Assembly (NCBI RefSeq): GCF_009914755.1
Contig: NC_060929.1
Source of the DNA: the human T2T-CHM13v2.0 reference genome, Homo sapiens
Length of the DNA: 64,000 nt
Direction: 5' to 3' (one strand)
A program made the translations under genes and the position numbers. Position 1 is the stretch's first letter. Each line of letters opens with the position of its first letter. This document shows positions 40,669 to 58,107 of the stretch, in pieces. The notes under the pieces are model-generated. The model did not search any database and was not told the DNA's origin. It was given only the letters and a program-made list of their open reading frames with translations.

Positions 40669-41252
40669 TAAATCATTGTAGCCACTGGACAGCACTATGC
40701 TGCTGATGTAAATAGACAAGCATGTGAACCCGGGAGGTGGAGGTTGCAGTGAGCCAAGATTGTGCCACTGCACTCCAGCCTGGGCAACAGGGTGAGACTC
40801 TGTATCCAAAAAAAAAAAAAAAGACAAGCATGACCTGACAAACTTGTCATTTAGGATATAATTATTTTTATCAGAATTGTGGACCCAAGTCAAGAAAATG
40901 TATTGTATCTACAGCACTATAGTAGGGGGAAAAAAAGAGAAAATGTATTATAGAACATTGGCCTGGTAATTAATAGAAATAATCTTGGAGAAGCCCTTCC
41001 AAGTAAAATTTCTGTCCATTTGCAATGGATTGTTGAATTAGAATCCATTGGTTCCAACCTACTGTATTTTTTAAAAAGCCTTATTTTTTAAGAATTTATA
41101 TTTTACATGACTTGGAATTTGAATATATATGGATAGTGTGGCCAACTTGTAAGTTCTTTTTAAGTTTCTCTCTTTGCATTTTGAACTGTAGAGTTCAATA
41201 TGTAGAGAATGGAAATGTACAATATTTCACTAAGGATAGCTCATAATTAGTA

Positions 41253-41732
41253 TAGGTTGAGCATCCTTAATCCAAATATCCGAAATCTGAAATGCTCCAA
41301 AATCCAAAGCTTTTTGAATGATGACGTGATGCCACAAGTGGAAAATTCTACACATAAGGACATTAACAAAACTTTGTTTTATGTACAAAATTAAAAATTT
41401 TGTCAAATTAAAAATATTTTATAAAATTACCTTCAGCCAGGCGCGGTGGCTCACGCCTGTAATCCTAGCTCTTAGGGAGGCGGAGGCGGGAGGATAGCTT
41501 GAGCCCAGGAGTTCAAGACAAGCCTGGCCAATATAGCAAGACCCCATTCTCCACAAAAAATAAGTGTAAAATTACCTTCAGTTTATATGTATAAGCTGTA
41601 TATGAAACATAAGTTTCATTTTTAATCTTGGCTTCCATCCCCAAGGTACGTCATGTATATGCAAATATTCCACAGTCCAAAATCTGAAGCACTTCTGGTC
41701 CCAAGCATTTTAGATAAGATATATTCAGCCTG
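41253..41732 (+). mobile_element. Tigger4 (MER46/Zombi)-type TcMar DNA transposon with a nested FLAM/Alu monomer
   Basis: TIR-like ends (t)aggttgagcatcc...atattcagcctg flanked by TA. The nested monomer has TSD aaaattaccttca. Confidence 0.8.
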
Positions 41733-42282
41733 TATAGGCTATTTAATTATGGAAAAATTAGAAGGGAGTCTTTTTTTCTTTTCTTTTTTTGATACGGAGC
41801 CTTGCTCTGTCGCCCAGGCTGGAGTGCAGTGGTGCGATCTCGGCTCACTGCAACCTCTGCCTCTGGGTTCAAGCGATTCTCCTACCTCAGCCTCCCGAGT
41901 AGTGGGGACTACAGACATGCACCACCACGCCCAGCTTATTTTTGTATTTTTAGTAGAGATGGAGTTTCGCCACGTTGGCCAAGCTGATCTCGAACTTCTG
42001 ACCTCATGTGATCCACCCGCCTCAGCCTCCCAAGGTGCTGGGATTACAGGCATGAGCTACTGTGCCCGGCCAGTCTTTTAATGGAATTATCAGCCAATCT
42101 TAGGATCCTAGGTATTTATTTGTAGTAATTTCCATTTGCAAATACTTGACATTAATTTTGTTTTGTTGGGAATGAGGGCATTCACATAGTATTTTTAATG
42201 CTCCCTATAATCTTGAAGGTAAGATTTTCCTTAACACATTTCAGATACTCACCTACCTTACTTTTGGTATCTTTTCTTTTAA

Positions 42283-42459
<177 letters not shown>

Positions 42460-42849
42460 TAAATGAATTTAGAAAACTCCAAATAGCTCGTGTATGGCTA
42501 GCGACTGAACAACAGCAAAGAAATGTAGCTTGCTAGCTATTTAATTTTTATAAATTTAATTGTATAAAGTAGAGAGACTGTGCTGTTTTAGGTATGTTTA
42601 CTTTCATTGTGAATACTTCGGCAGCTTTTGTGTATACCTCAGAATTATGGGAACTATGTATGTGTACCTTGTTCCCTTCATAAATTCCTTCTGTAAACTA
42701 CATGCTAAATGTTTAACAAGTGCTACTGGAAAAAATGTGTCAGTGAAATAATGTAGTTGGAATGCAGTGACTGGTTAAAATTGCTATGAGAATGTGAACT
42801 TTGTTAAATGTGAACAACTTTTTTTTTTCTTGTTCTTTTTGCTTCCTAG

Positions 42850-42878
42850 GAGGATTGCCCAAGAAACTAATTTTTTAA
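42850..42878 (+). CDS. CDK7: CDK7 exon 12 coding part (GGLPKKLIF-stop)
   Basis: Acceptor gcttcctag, TAA at 42876-42878. The 12 exons sum to 346 codons plus stop. Confidence 0.98.
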
Positions 42879-43024
42879 AGAGAACACTGGACAACATTTT
42901 ACTACTGAGGGAAATAGCCAAAAAGGCAAATAATGGAAAAATAGTAAACATTAAGTAAATGCTGTAGAAGTGAGTTTGTAAATATTCTACACATGTAAAA
43001 TATGTAAAACTATGGGTTATTTTT

Positions 43025-43046
43025 ATTAAATGTATTTTAAAATAAA
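43025..43046 (+). terminator. CDK7: CDK7 polyadenylation signals
   Basis: ATTAAA 43025-43030 and AATAAA 43041-43046, with upstream TGTA elements and a downstream T-rich tract. Further AATAAA at 43139 and 43219. Confidence 0.8.
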
Positions 43047-43323
43047 AATTTAATTCTGGTTTTTCTGATTAGAGTGCAAAAGTGAGAAAAGTTCAATACT
43101 CTTGAAATGTAGAATTGAAAATGCATTAGGGAAAACTTAATAAAAATTATTACCAGTTATTTGGAAGATCTGACCCATATAGTATCACAAATCTGTAGTA
43201 GCATGGGTAGTGTTTAAAAATAAAAATGTTGGCCGGGCGCGGTGGCTCACGCCTGTATTCCCGGCACTTTGGGAGGCCGAGGTGGGCGGATCACAGGTCA
43301 GGAGATCGAGACCATCCTGGCTA

Positions 43324-43569
<246 letters not shown>

Positions 43570-43865
43570 TTAATATACGGAATGTACTAAAAAAAGAAAA
43601 CATTACAGATAAAATTGAGATTCCCCCCAACCTTTTTTCTGAGGCGGGGGACAAAGTCTCACTCTGTCACTCAGGTTGGAGTGCAGGGGCACAATCCCAG
43701 CTCACTGCAAACTCTGCCTTCAAGTGATTCACTTGCTTCAGCCTCCCGAGCAGCTGGGATTATGGGCACGCACCACTACACCTGCCTAATTTTTTTTATA
43801 TTTTTAGTAGAGACAGGATTTCACCATGTTGGCCAGGCTGGCCTCTAATTCCTGACCTGAAGTGA

Positions 43866-44312
<447 letters not shown>

Positions 44313-44784
44313 TGACTCTATGAAATTGGTGTGTATCTTTCCATGATTTTATGCTAGTATTCTGTAAGAGTGCATGTAGTGAGATGCATAACAATGTACA
44401 GCATTGTTTTGGGTCTCAAAATTGTATATAAATTGATAGAATCTCTCTCTCCTTTTTTTTTTTTTTTTTTTTGTGAGATAGTCTCTGTTGCCCAGGTTGG
44501 AGTGTAGTAGTGCAATCATGGCTCACTGCAGCTTCGAACTCCTGGGCTCAAGCCATCCTTCCACCTCTGTCCCCAGTAGCTGGGACTACAGGTGCATACC
44601 ACCATGCCTGGTTAATTTTTTTTTTTTTTTTTAATGAGACAGAGTCTTGCTCTGTTGCCCAGGCTGGAATGCAGTGGTGCAATCTCAGCTCACTGTAACC
44701 TCTGCATCCTGGGGTTCAGGTGATCCTCCTACCTTAGCCTCCCAAGTAGCTGGGATTACAAATGTGTACCACCATGCCCAGCTA

Positions 44785-45420
44785 ATTAAAGTAACACAAA
44801 TGTATTAGCTCACAGTTCTGTAGGCCATATATCTGGCTCAGCTGTGTTTTCTGCTTAGGGTCTCACAAGGCCAAAATCAAGGTGTTAGTCAAACTAGTTT
44901 TATTTGGAGGCCCCTGGAAAGAATCTGCTACCAAGCTCATGCAGGTTTGTTTTTTTTTTTTTTTGGAGATGGAGTCTTGCTCTGTCGCCCAGGCTGGAGT
45001 GCAGTGGCACGATCTCGGCTCACTGCAACCTCCGCCCACTGGGTTCACCCATTCTCCTGCCTCAGCCTCCCGAGTAGCTGGGACTACCGCCACCACACCC
45101 AGCTAATATTTTGTATTTTTAGTAGAGACGGGGTTTCACTGTGTTAGCCAGGATGGTCTCTATCTCCTGACCTCGTGATCCGCCCACCTTGGCCTCCCAA
45201 AGTGCTGGGATTACAGGCGTGAGCCACCGTGCCCGGCCGCTCATGCAGTTCTTATAGTTGCAATTCTTGTGCTCCATTGCCCCCATTTCCCTTTTGACTG
45301 TTAGCCCAGGGCCTCTCTCAGCTTCTTAAGGAAACTTCCATGCCTTTGTCCTGTGGCACTCACCACAGGACAGCAGCAGTGCATCAAACCCACTCGTGCT
45401 TCAAATCTGTCTGACTTCCT
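44785..45420. mobile_element. MLT1-type MaLR LTR fragment interrupted by an Alu
   Basis: tattagctcacagttctgtaggc...agggtctcacaaggccaaaatcaaggtgt...gaatctgctaccaagctcat matches MLT1. Confidence 0.65.
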
Positions 45421-45532
45421 CGTGTGTGTGTGTAGACAGGGAGCTGCCAAGGGAGAAGCAGCCAAGCAGCTAAGAGTCCAGGAGATAATAGCGCCAAAGG
45501 GATCTGAGGACACTCAAAATGTGTCTAACACG

Positions 45533-46442
45533 TGAGGCAGGATAGGAGTGTATTATTCCGTTCTCAAACTGCTATAAAGAATACTACCCAAGACTCAGTA
45601 ATTTATAAAGGAAAGAGGTTTAATTGACTCATAGCTCCACATGGCTGGGCAGGCCTCAGGAAACTTACAATCCTGGCAGAAGGGGAAGCAGGCATGTTTT
45701 ACATGGCAGCAGGAGAGACTACCATGTATAAAACCATTGGATCTCGTGAGAACTCACAATCATGAGAACAGCATGGGGGATACCACCCCCATGATCCAGT
45801 CACCTACCACCAAGTCCCTCCTTCAACATGTGGGAATTATGGGGATTACAATTCAAAATAAGACTTGGGTGGGGACACAGCCAAACCGTATCAGGTAGTC
45901 AAGGAAATGACCATTTTCTCATGACCATACAGCCAACACAATAAACCTCAGCATTCACATTGTAATTGAGCTCATTTAAGCAAAGCTATCTTCAGTAGGG
46001 ACTTTCCCTTCTAGAGAGCATACACATTTTGATTTTACCTGTCCTCAAACTGATCCTTTGCACATGATAATAATAAAAAACACACCTCTAGGTGGAAATT
46101 TAAGATGCTACTGAGACATGTGGTGTATGAACAAGCATTAACAGCTACTGCACCTGTGCAGAGGACCACCCAGGACATGATTACTGCAACACCTCACCTC
46201 CTTATGAATAATAATGCAAAACTCCCATAAAGGGAGTTTCTCCAGCAATAATCAATGCTGTCTCACCCTTACGAGCAGCCGGCCCTGAATTCTCTCTCTC
46301 AGGTGTACTGTCTGTTCTGCACCTAACTTTCAAAATACTCCTTTTCTTTTGCAATAAATTATGCTGCATCTCCTTTGCTGTCTCATTTAAATTCTTTTAA
46401 ACCAAGAAGACAAGAACTGAGGTATCACAACAGCTGTCAACA
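45533..46442 (+). mobile_element. Complete ERV1 solo LTR (MER4 group, MER66-like) interrupted by a THE1/MST LTR
   Basis: TG...CA termini, 4-bp TSD cacg/catg (CpG decay), AATAAA at 46353-46358. Confidence 0.75.
45549..45893 (-). mobile_element. THE1D/MSTA-like MaLR solo LTR
   Basis: Runs tgtattattccgttctc...gggtggggacacagccaaaccgtatca. Flanks gg-ag/ggtag fit a decayed 5-bp TSD. Confidence 0.85.
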
Positions 46443-46454
46443 CATGCATTTTGC

Positions 46455-46962
<508 letters not shown>

Positions 46963-47652
46963 GAGTTGTGGTTTATGCCTGTAATCCCAGCACTTTGAGA
47001 GGCTGAGGCAGGAGGATCCCTTGAGGCCAGGAGTTTGGCACCAGCCTGAGCAACACAGTGGGACCCTGTCTACACACACACCCCACCCCCACACACCCCA
47101 ATTCACATACCACAAACAAAAAAACTCCTAGAAATCACCTTGGCTCAGGCAGCTTCTTCAGATTCCTGAGACCCCATTTCCTGGATCATCACAACCATCT
47201 CACAGGATGCAATGAAAAGAGCTGTTAAGCACTTTGTAGACTTGGCTACAAATCTGTGCAGATTTGGTTGCAAAATGTTACTACCCTGACAAGAAGCCAT
47301 GAACGCAGCCGGCACTGACTCAATATACTTCTGCCAAGGTCCCACCATCAAAACTGTCTTATTGAAGTTAACTTAAGGAAATTGTTATTTCTAAACTTCA
47401 TATGGTAAATGAAAAATACTGAACAAGGCAAATAAAACAAGATAAATGAATTCCAGAAATTAACATTCAGTCAGTCCTAGGTATTGTTACTTTTTAGAGC
47501 ATTAAGATACATTGCTATATTGTTGATTTAGCCAAGCTAAGATCCCTATAGTCAATCAAAATAGTTAAATAATTTTTTGTTTTTCCCAAAAATCATTATT
47601 TTTTGTTTTAGGATGTTGGCAAACACTGTAATGTGGTTTTTTTTTTTTTTGA

Positions 47653-47787
<135 letters not shown>

Positions 47788-48471
47788 TAGGCCTAGCTAA
47801 TTTTTTGTAGTTTTAGTAGAGATGGGGTTTCTCCATGTTGGTCAGACTGGTCTTGAACTCCAGCCTCAGGTGACCCACCCACCTTGGCCTCCCAAAGTGC
47901 TGGGATTTATAAGCATGAGCCACCATGCCCAGCCTGTAATGTAATTTATAAATACAGTAATGTAATTTATAAATAAAATGTCAACACAGAATACTAATTT
48001 CTTGTAGAAAATGTAGAAAATAGGCTGGGTGTGGTGGCTCACGCCTGTAATCCCAGCACTTTCGGAGGCCAAGGCAGGCGGATCACTTGAGGTCAGGAGT
48101 TCAAGATCAGCCTGGCTAACATGGTAAAACCCCGTCTCTACTAAAAATACAAAAATTAGCTGGGCGTGGTGGCACATGCCTGTAATCCGAGTTACTCGGG
48201 AGGCTGAGGCAGGAGAATTGCTTGAACCGGGAGGCGGAGGTTGCAGTGAACCGAGATCACACCACTGCACTCCAACCTGGGTGACAGAGCAAGACTCCAT
48301 CTCAAAAGAAGAAAAAGAAAATGTAGAAAATATTTGATTTAAGCGACCTCCTAAAATTTAGAAATACCTAGGAAACATACAACTTCTCAAGATGCAGCAA
48401 AATTTACAAAATCATTTTTCAAAGTATCTCGATATAAACAACTCTCAGTTCCAATTTCAACTGGCTTGTCT

Positions 48472-48777
48472 TTAAAATATGATACTTGATGGCAAAGAAT
48501 GGGATCTTTTAAGAGTTCTATAGTTTGGATCTATTTGAGAGTGCTGGATTGAACAAATGCAGCCCACAGAATTTAAAATGCAGACACTTGAATGTATAGG
48601 ATCACCCAAAACAGAGAATTCTGAAGTCTTACGCCAGGGGTTGTTGAAAGGGAAATTCTCTTTTATAGGATTTTTTTCTTTATTCTCGTTTGAAGCAGTG
48701 TCTTTGTCTTCCAATGCCCGAGCAAGCATGTAGCTAACTTTTCTTTGATGAGCCAAAGCTTCTTCTTTATCATTAAG
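48472..48777 (-). CDS. CCDC125: CCDC125 last coding exon (LNDKEEALAHQRK...RSHSLPSSIIF-stop)
   Basis: Minus-strand acceptor tgtgcatgcag, 306 nt, phase 0, non-repetitive ORF. Matches the recalled CCDC125 C-terminus. Confidence 0.93.
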   Translation of the reverse strand, partial: LNDKEEALAHQRKVSYMLARALEDKDTASNENKEKNPIKENFPFNNPWRKTSEFSVLGDPIHSSVCILNSVGCICSIQHSQIDPNYRTLKRSHSLPSSIIF

Positions 48778-48928
48778 CTGCATGCACAGAAATTAAACAT
48801 GTACAAGTTAGTCAATAAATCACAGAATATATTCAGAGAAAGGAGTATTGTACTATTTTATCAAGTTATTCAACCCTAATATTCATACTGATCTGTCCAT
48901 CAGTATGAATAAATTAGGTATCACCTGA

Positions 48929-49200
<272 letters not shown>

Positions 49201-49247
49201 TGATCAGCCCACCTTGGCCTCCCAAAGTGCTGGGATTACAGGCGTGA

Positions 49248-49394
<147 letters not shown>

Positions 49395-50468
49395 TAGCTG
49401 GGACTATAGGCGTGCACCACCACACCTTGCTAATTTTTGTAGGCTGGTCTCGAACTCCTGGCCTCAAGTGATCCACTCGCCTCGGCCTCCCAAAGTGCTG
49501 GAATTACAGATGTGTGCCACCATGCCAGGCTGACAATTTTTTTTTTTTTTTGAGACAGAGTCTCGCTCTGTCACCCAGGTTGGAGTGCAGTTGCATGATC
49601 TTGGCTCACTGCAAGCTCCGCTCTCCTGGGTTCACACCATTCTCCTGTCTCAGCCTCCCATGTAGCTAGGGACTACAGGTGCCAGCCACCACACCTGGCT
49701 AATTTTTTGTATTTTTAGTAGAGACAGTTTCACCGTGTTAGTCAGGATGGTCTCGATCTCCTGACCTCATGATCCACCCGCCTCGGCTTCCCAAAGTGCT
49801 GGGATTACAGGCATGAGCCACTGTGCCCAGCCCCGACGATTATTTTTTAAAAATAATTTTTTTAAAAAAAAAACAGAAGACAGCATTGAAAATTTTGCAA
49901 GTCATCTGGAAATGAAGGGAAAATATAGATCTATATGAAGTGTGTATATATAGGTATATAATATCAACATATAAAAAATATATCAACGTGCATATTTATA
50001 AAATAATGTTGAAGTTATTTGTATATAAAATTGCTTTCATATATTTGTATGCAAATATATAACAGTCTAGAGATAAGTATGTTCATATAACCTGAGTCTC
50101 AGTGTCTTAGTTTAGTCATTCCATGTGGAATGTGGGTAGCAGGACTGTAAAGGATATAATGTGTGAGGAAATGCCTTGAACACTTTAAAAATGCCTCAAT
50201 AAACAGGCAGACTTGTCACAAACTGTATATATATAAATGTAGATGGCAAAGCTGGCTGGAGTTAACTACAGGAGCCCCCTGTTTTCCAAGATGGAGCCTT
50301 TAAACCTGCACAGAAAGAATATGAATGACGAGAAAAGATGAGCTGAGGGAGATAAAGATCATGAAGGTAGAGTCTGGTACTCCAACTGGGAAAAGGACAT
50401 AGAAGGCAAGTGCAAGTCTAGAGAGATAAAGAGTTGAATTAACAGGAAGCAAATAGATTAGCTTAACC

Positions 50469-51041
<573 letters not shown>

Positions 51042-51080
51042 GCTTAACCATAACCTGCAAAAAAAAGCAAAGACACTAAC

Positions 51081-51211
51081 CAAATCTATGAGCATCTTAA
51101 GGACCTCTTGAGGACTGTCCTGGTCTTCCATCCTCTTAGAACTGTTTTCTGAAGGGAGCATACCCAACAGTCTCTGCCCGAAGGTCTTCTTACTCCTTGG
51201 TGATGGAAATC
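51081..51211 (-). CDS. CCDC125: CCDC125 penultimate coding exon (G-FPSPRSKKTFGQRLL...VLKMLIDL)
   Basis: Acceptor caattttag, donor GTTAGT, 131 nt. Phases fit both neighbouring exons. Confidence 0.93.
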
Positions 51212-51902
51212 CTAAAATTGAACATGAGAATCCAGCTGAGACATTAAAATATCCTCACTGATATACTTCCAGCAAAAGAGGTAACTTGATCTCTAGGACA
51301 AGTGAGTCCAGGAGCACACAGTGGAATGTAGTGAGCAGAGCACAGCCTTCAGAGCCAGGAGCAATGCAGGTGAGAGGCAGCAAGAGTGCCGCCCTGCCAT
51401 GCGGCACAGCCACCCCTCTGTGCCAGCTGACACACAGGCCACACAAGAACACAGTCCATGTCACTGGATCATCACAGTCTTCAAGAGCAGCCAGAAATGC
51501 AGATCTGTCATGACATCTTCCAATTCTAAATGTCAGCCACTAGTCTTATTGTTTGACTACACTAAGCCAACCTAACAAAACATGTCTGCAGGCCACAGGG
51601 GGCCTCTGAGCCATGCAAACTCTGCTTCCGAACCGCAAAGACCTGGACTTGAATCCTCATTCAGCCACTTACTAACTGTATGACCTCGGGTGACTTTTCT
51701 CAGCTTGATTTCCTCATCTCTAAAATGAGAATAGCATTACCTTCTTCTCAGGGAACTGTGCCATTAAATAATAAATCACACGGGCTGGAGAAGGGGAAGT
51801 GAGGAGTTACTGTTTCATGGGACAGGGTCTCTGTAAAGAAAGATGAAAATGTTCTGGAGCTGGATGGTGATGAAGGTTACATTACAATGTGAATATACTT
51901 AA

Positions 51903-52213
<311 letters not shown>

Positions 52214-53029
52214 TGATTCGCCCCCTCTTGGCCTCCCAAAATGCTGGGATTACAGGCGTGAGCCACCGCGCCCGGCCAACTTTAGATATATTTTACCACC
52301 ATCACGACAACAACAAAAAATACCACAATTGTCAAAGGCCCTGCTCAGGTATTAGCATAATATTTAATATTTCACGTGCTGACATCATTGATGTCCTTCT
52401 TCATCCATTGAAGGAAAGTAATTTGCAGAAGTTATAAAATCTCAGATTGTACAAGGAAAATTTCAAGAATGTTTTTGGAATATTCTCCAAAAGTGGTTTA
52501 GTGGGAAACTGAGAGCAGATGAGGGGAGATCCCCTTCCCACCAATCCTGACAGACCACAGTGACGAGGGCGGCCCTGACCCCTTCCACGAGGAGCTGTGG
52601 CAAACAGAAGTCAGAGAAACTGACACTTTGATGAGTAGATGAATCTGTGTCCCTATTTTCAGTCTAAAAAAAGAAATAGCTTGGTGTGATGGCTCAAGCT
52701 GGTAGTCTGGAGGATTGCTTAAGCCCAGGAGTTTAAGATAAAAAAAAAAAAAAAAAAAACCCAAAAGCAAAAATACAAAGAAAGAAAGAAGTATGCCTAT
52801 AAACTACTTCCGGAAACTTGTCTAAACTGCCATATCAAAAAGAAAGTTGATATTAAGTGTTACTAAACATAAAATAATCTGTATCACCCTGTACCTCTTA
52901 AGATTACTGAAATATACTAATAAAATGAATTAAAGTCTTGTCACTGAGAAACTGAGAAAGAACTACTCAAACTTGTATAGATTTATAAAAGCTGTGCGAG
53001 ATTAATCAATTTTTTTTTTTTTTTTTTGA

Positions 53030-53188
<159 letters not shown>

Positions 53189-53194
53189 TAGTAG

Positions 53195-53494
<300 letters not shown>

Positions 53495-53743
53495 TAATAG
53501 AGACAGGGTCTCCCTATGTTGCCCAGCCTGGTCTCAAACTCCTGAGCTCAAGCAATCCTCCTGCCTCAGCCTCCCAAAGCGCTGGGATTACAGGCATGAG
53601 CCACTGTGCCCTGCCTATATCAATTATTTAAAATTCTGCCTTCAGTCTCTCTCAGTGCCTTACTGGAACTCAGAGATTGGGAGCTATACCCCTCTGAATT
53701 GCATTTTTTGTGGGAATCTTCCTTAGATTTGTCAATAGCTGAA

Positions 53744-54706
53744 TGTGATATTGTAATATAAGAAATATATATTTGGTCTTTGCCCTCAGTTCCTGACATA
53801 GAGCTCCTAAAATCCTAGTAGATAGGGGTGTTAGGTGAATCTTTTCTCATAGTTGGTCTTTGACCCCAGTTCCTAACACACAATTTTTAAGACTGTAATT
53901 TCCTCAGTGCTAGGAGCATCTGACACAGAGCCCCTAAATCCCTTGGAATTTCCTGGGTAATAGAAGCATCTTTTGTTCTAATGAGGCTCTTGATGGGCTC
54001 CTGGATAGCCTCAGGATGGGGGCTGGTTGCCAGGGGAACCAATCTTGTGATTAGAAAGCTGGAACTTTCAGCCCTAGCCCCCAAACTCCAGGGAAGCGAG
54101 AGGGGCTGAAGGTTGAGTTGATTACCAATGGCCAATGATGTAATCACCAATGGCCAGTGATGTACCATGTCCATGTAATGAAGCCTCCATAAAAACCCAA
54201 AAGGGTCTGGGGAGCTTCCAGATAGCTGAGCATGTGAGGTTCCTGAGGGGTGGTACGCCAAAGAGAGCATCCCTTCCCACGTGCCTTGCCCTGTCCATCT
54301 CTTTATCTGGCTGTTCATCTGCATCCTTTGTAAGATCCTTTATAATAAACTGGTAAACGGAAGTGTTTCCCGGAGTTCTGTGAGGCATCCTAGCAAATCA
54401 ATGGAGCCTGAGGAGGGCGTCATGGGAGTCCCAATGTACATACAGCCAGTCAGTCAGGAGCAGCAGAGACAACTCTGTGCTTTTGACTGGCATTTGGAGT
54501 GCAGGCCATCTTGTGGGACTGAGCCTTTAACTTATGGGATCTGACTCTAACTCCAGGTAGACAGTGTGAGAATTGAGGGAAATGATAGGATACCCAGCTG
54601 GTGTGTGGGGAATCCCCCACCCCTAGCATCTGGTGTCAGAAGCGCTGAGCTGAGTGGTAAGTGCTGTGTGAATAGGAAAACACTTTGGTTTCCCCTGTCT
54701 CTTACA
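53744..54706 (+). mobile_element. MER21-family LTR
   Basis: Starts tgtgatattgtaatataagaaatatatatttggtc; internal ccttggaatttcctgggt and tataataaactggtaaac motifs. Confidence 0.8.
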
Positions 54707-55444
54707 CTGTGGAAGGTAGGAATTATGGAACATCAAATGCACATATTCTCAAGTGCTGAAATGAGTATGAATCTAGCTCTTGAGAAAAATGCAGCTTTGT
54801 CTACACTGCACTATCCTAATGGCCAAGCTCCACACAGGGTTGCAGGCCTTGCAGGCAGGTGACAGGGTCTGACAGGCATTCGTAAGATTAAGATTACTTT
54901 AACCCTGACTTTCCCCTTCGTCTCTTCTTTTTCCCATCACTTTTCTTTCCACCTCTATCAAAACAAACAAATATTTACAATCTGACTTTTTAAGAAGATC
55001 TGCCTTCAATTAGCACAAAACACCAGGGCTGTCCTCAAAGAGGATTTTACAATCCAACTGCTATTAAGGGCTTAGCTGAGAGAGGAGGTGTCTGAGGAAG
55101 ATTATCTACACATAGCTGTGGTCCGTGGTAGAACCAGGTATTCTTAGTGTTTTCCACTGGTTCCTAAAAGGCTAAATACATGGACCATGTTAGCTTTTTC
55201 CCTGGCAAAATCACCTAACCTGGATTGAACATTAAAGTTGTACCTTCAGCTTTTATGAAGAGTTTATTATAGAAAATGACCATATTATCTAAATACATTA
55301 TTTTGTATTTATTATAAGACATTGTTGGCCAGGTGCAGTGGATCACATCTGTAACCACAGCATTTTGGGAGGCCGAGGAGGGAGGACCGCTTGAGCCCAG
55401 GAGTTTGAGACCAGCCTGGGTAACACAGTGAGACCTCATCTCTA

Positions 55445-55627
<183 letters not shown>

Positions 55628-55985
55628 CTACTAAAACACTGTCGGGAATTTAGCCATTATATTTTCTCAAAAGTTTCGTGTCAGAAAACATTTTTAGAAA
55701 TTAATTTCAAGAAAATATGAATGACTTTCTCAGAATAAGTGTTACAAAACATTATATTTTCCTGTTTTGTCCTGGCTTCCATCTAATGAACACTCCAAAC
55801 ATGTAGCTTCTATGATCTGCATTTCCCTACTCTGTAGTTCTGATTTACTGCTTCTATTTCTATCATCCCTCTGCATCACTTCTTACCCTTTTCAGCAAAG
55901 AAAAGGGGGAAAGCTTAGTTAATGAAACTAAAATTCACGACAGCTGACTCCTATACTATTAGTAATATATACTGTTTGAAAATAA

Positions 55986-56726
<741 letters not shown>

Positions 56727-57932
56727 TAAATATTACAAGATGTGTATTAGTCTTTCTAAATTCACCTGAATATAAGAGATGTTAGAATTATAGATCTGAC
56801 AGATAAGAAAATATTTAGAAATACAGTCATCCTAGAATTTTTCTACAAAACATTTAAAATTCTTATAAACTTCACTTGATTCTTTCTCAACTGATAAATG
56901 GTTTCAAATTATAATTTGACATTTTAAATTGAAGCAATATGAATTCTACAGAATAATACTGATGAATAAAAATTGGTATGAACTACTTAGAGAAACAGAT
57001 TTCTAAAAAATAACAGCTACTTTGTTTATACTGGAAGATCTACTTCAATTCTCTCATGCTATTTTAATATATTTTTTAATACACAGATATAATAATACTC
57101 AATACTGATCATTTTTTTTTTTTTGAGATGGAGTCTCATTCCGTCGCCCAGTGCAGTGGCGCGATCTCAGCTCACTGCAACCTCTGCCTCCTGGGTTCAA
57201 GCGATTCTTCTGCCTCAGCCTCCTGAGCAGGTGGTATTACAGGCATGTGCTACCACGCCCGGCTAATTTTTGTGTTTTTAGTAGAGATGGGGTTTTGCCA
57301 TGTTGGCCAGGCTGTTCTCGAACTCCTGACCTCAGGTGATCCACCCTCCTTGGCCTCTCAAAGTGCTAGGATTACAGGTGTGAGCCACCACACCCAGCCT
57401 GGCCATAAATTTTTGATGGGTTCATGAACCAAAACCTAAACCTAAACTTCTGCTTCATTTTTTCTAAGAATATTTTATTAATTTGTCCAACTTAAGGTTT
57501 TTCCTCTATTCCTCAATTTCCTTCTCAAAAGCATACATTTCAATAAAGTTTAATTAGATAGATACATTTAATGTCATGTTTAAGTGACATTTTTCACATT
57601 ACTTCCTTCTTGGCAGTTTCCTTTTAATCACCTAGCACTTTTATTGTAAAGTTTTTTCACTAAACATGGTCTTATTTAAATGAAACAGAAGAGTACTAGA
57701 AAATAAATATTCCTGTTATGTTATGGTTTATGGATTCCAGTAGTTCACCTGCACATGTAATATCCAATGACTCCTTTTTTTCCATAGTTGCTAAGTTTTT
57801 AAGTAAACCACAACCATATGTGAAGTTTCAATTATTTTTGCCCACATTGGATTAAGTGTGCTTCATCAACTTGGATTATAAACAAAACAACTAAAATTAC
57901 ACCCACTTATTGCCATTATAATTCATAGTTAC

Positions 57933-58107
57933 CATCCTCTTTAAGGTGCTTCCAATTCATCCATTTTGTTGCTTTTTTATGCATTTTATCCATTTGTGTC
58001 AATTGTAGTGCCTGGTCATTTTTTCTCATTAATTGTTGCTCAAATGCAATTCTGAAAGCATCTGCCATCACGTAAGCTTCTTCTTTACTCTTCTGCAAAA
58101 TTTCCAA
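57933..58107 (-). CDS. CCDC125: CCDC125 internal exon (LEILQKSKEEAYVMADAFRIAFEQQLM...HLKED-G)
   Basis: Acceptor caaaatcag, donor GTAACT, 175 nt. Coiled-coil-like composition. Confidence 0.93.

Noticed and set aside
47145-47351. 68-aa minus-strand ORF in non-Alu sequence
   Set aside because: Lies in the inferred CCDC125 3' UTR, is partly MIR-like, and has no recognisable homology.
53887-54862. Cluster of 68-145 aa ORFs
   Set aside because: They fall largely within the MER21 LTR and show no gag, pol or env motifs.
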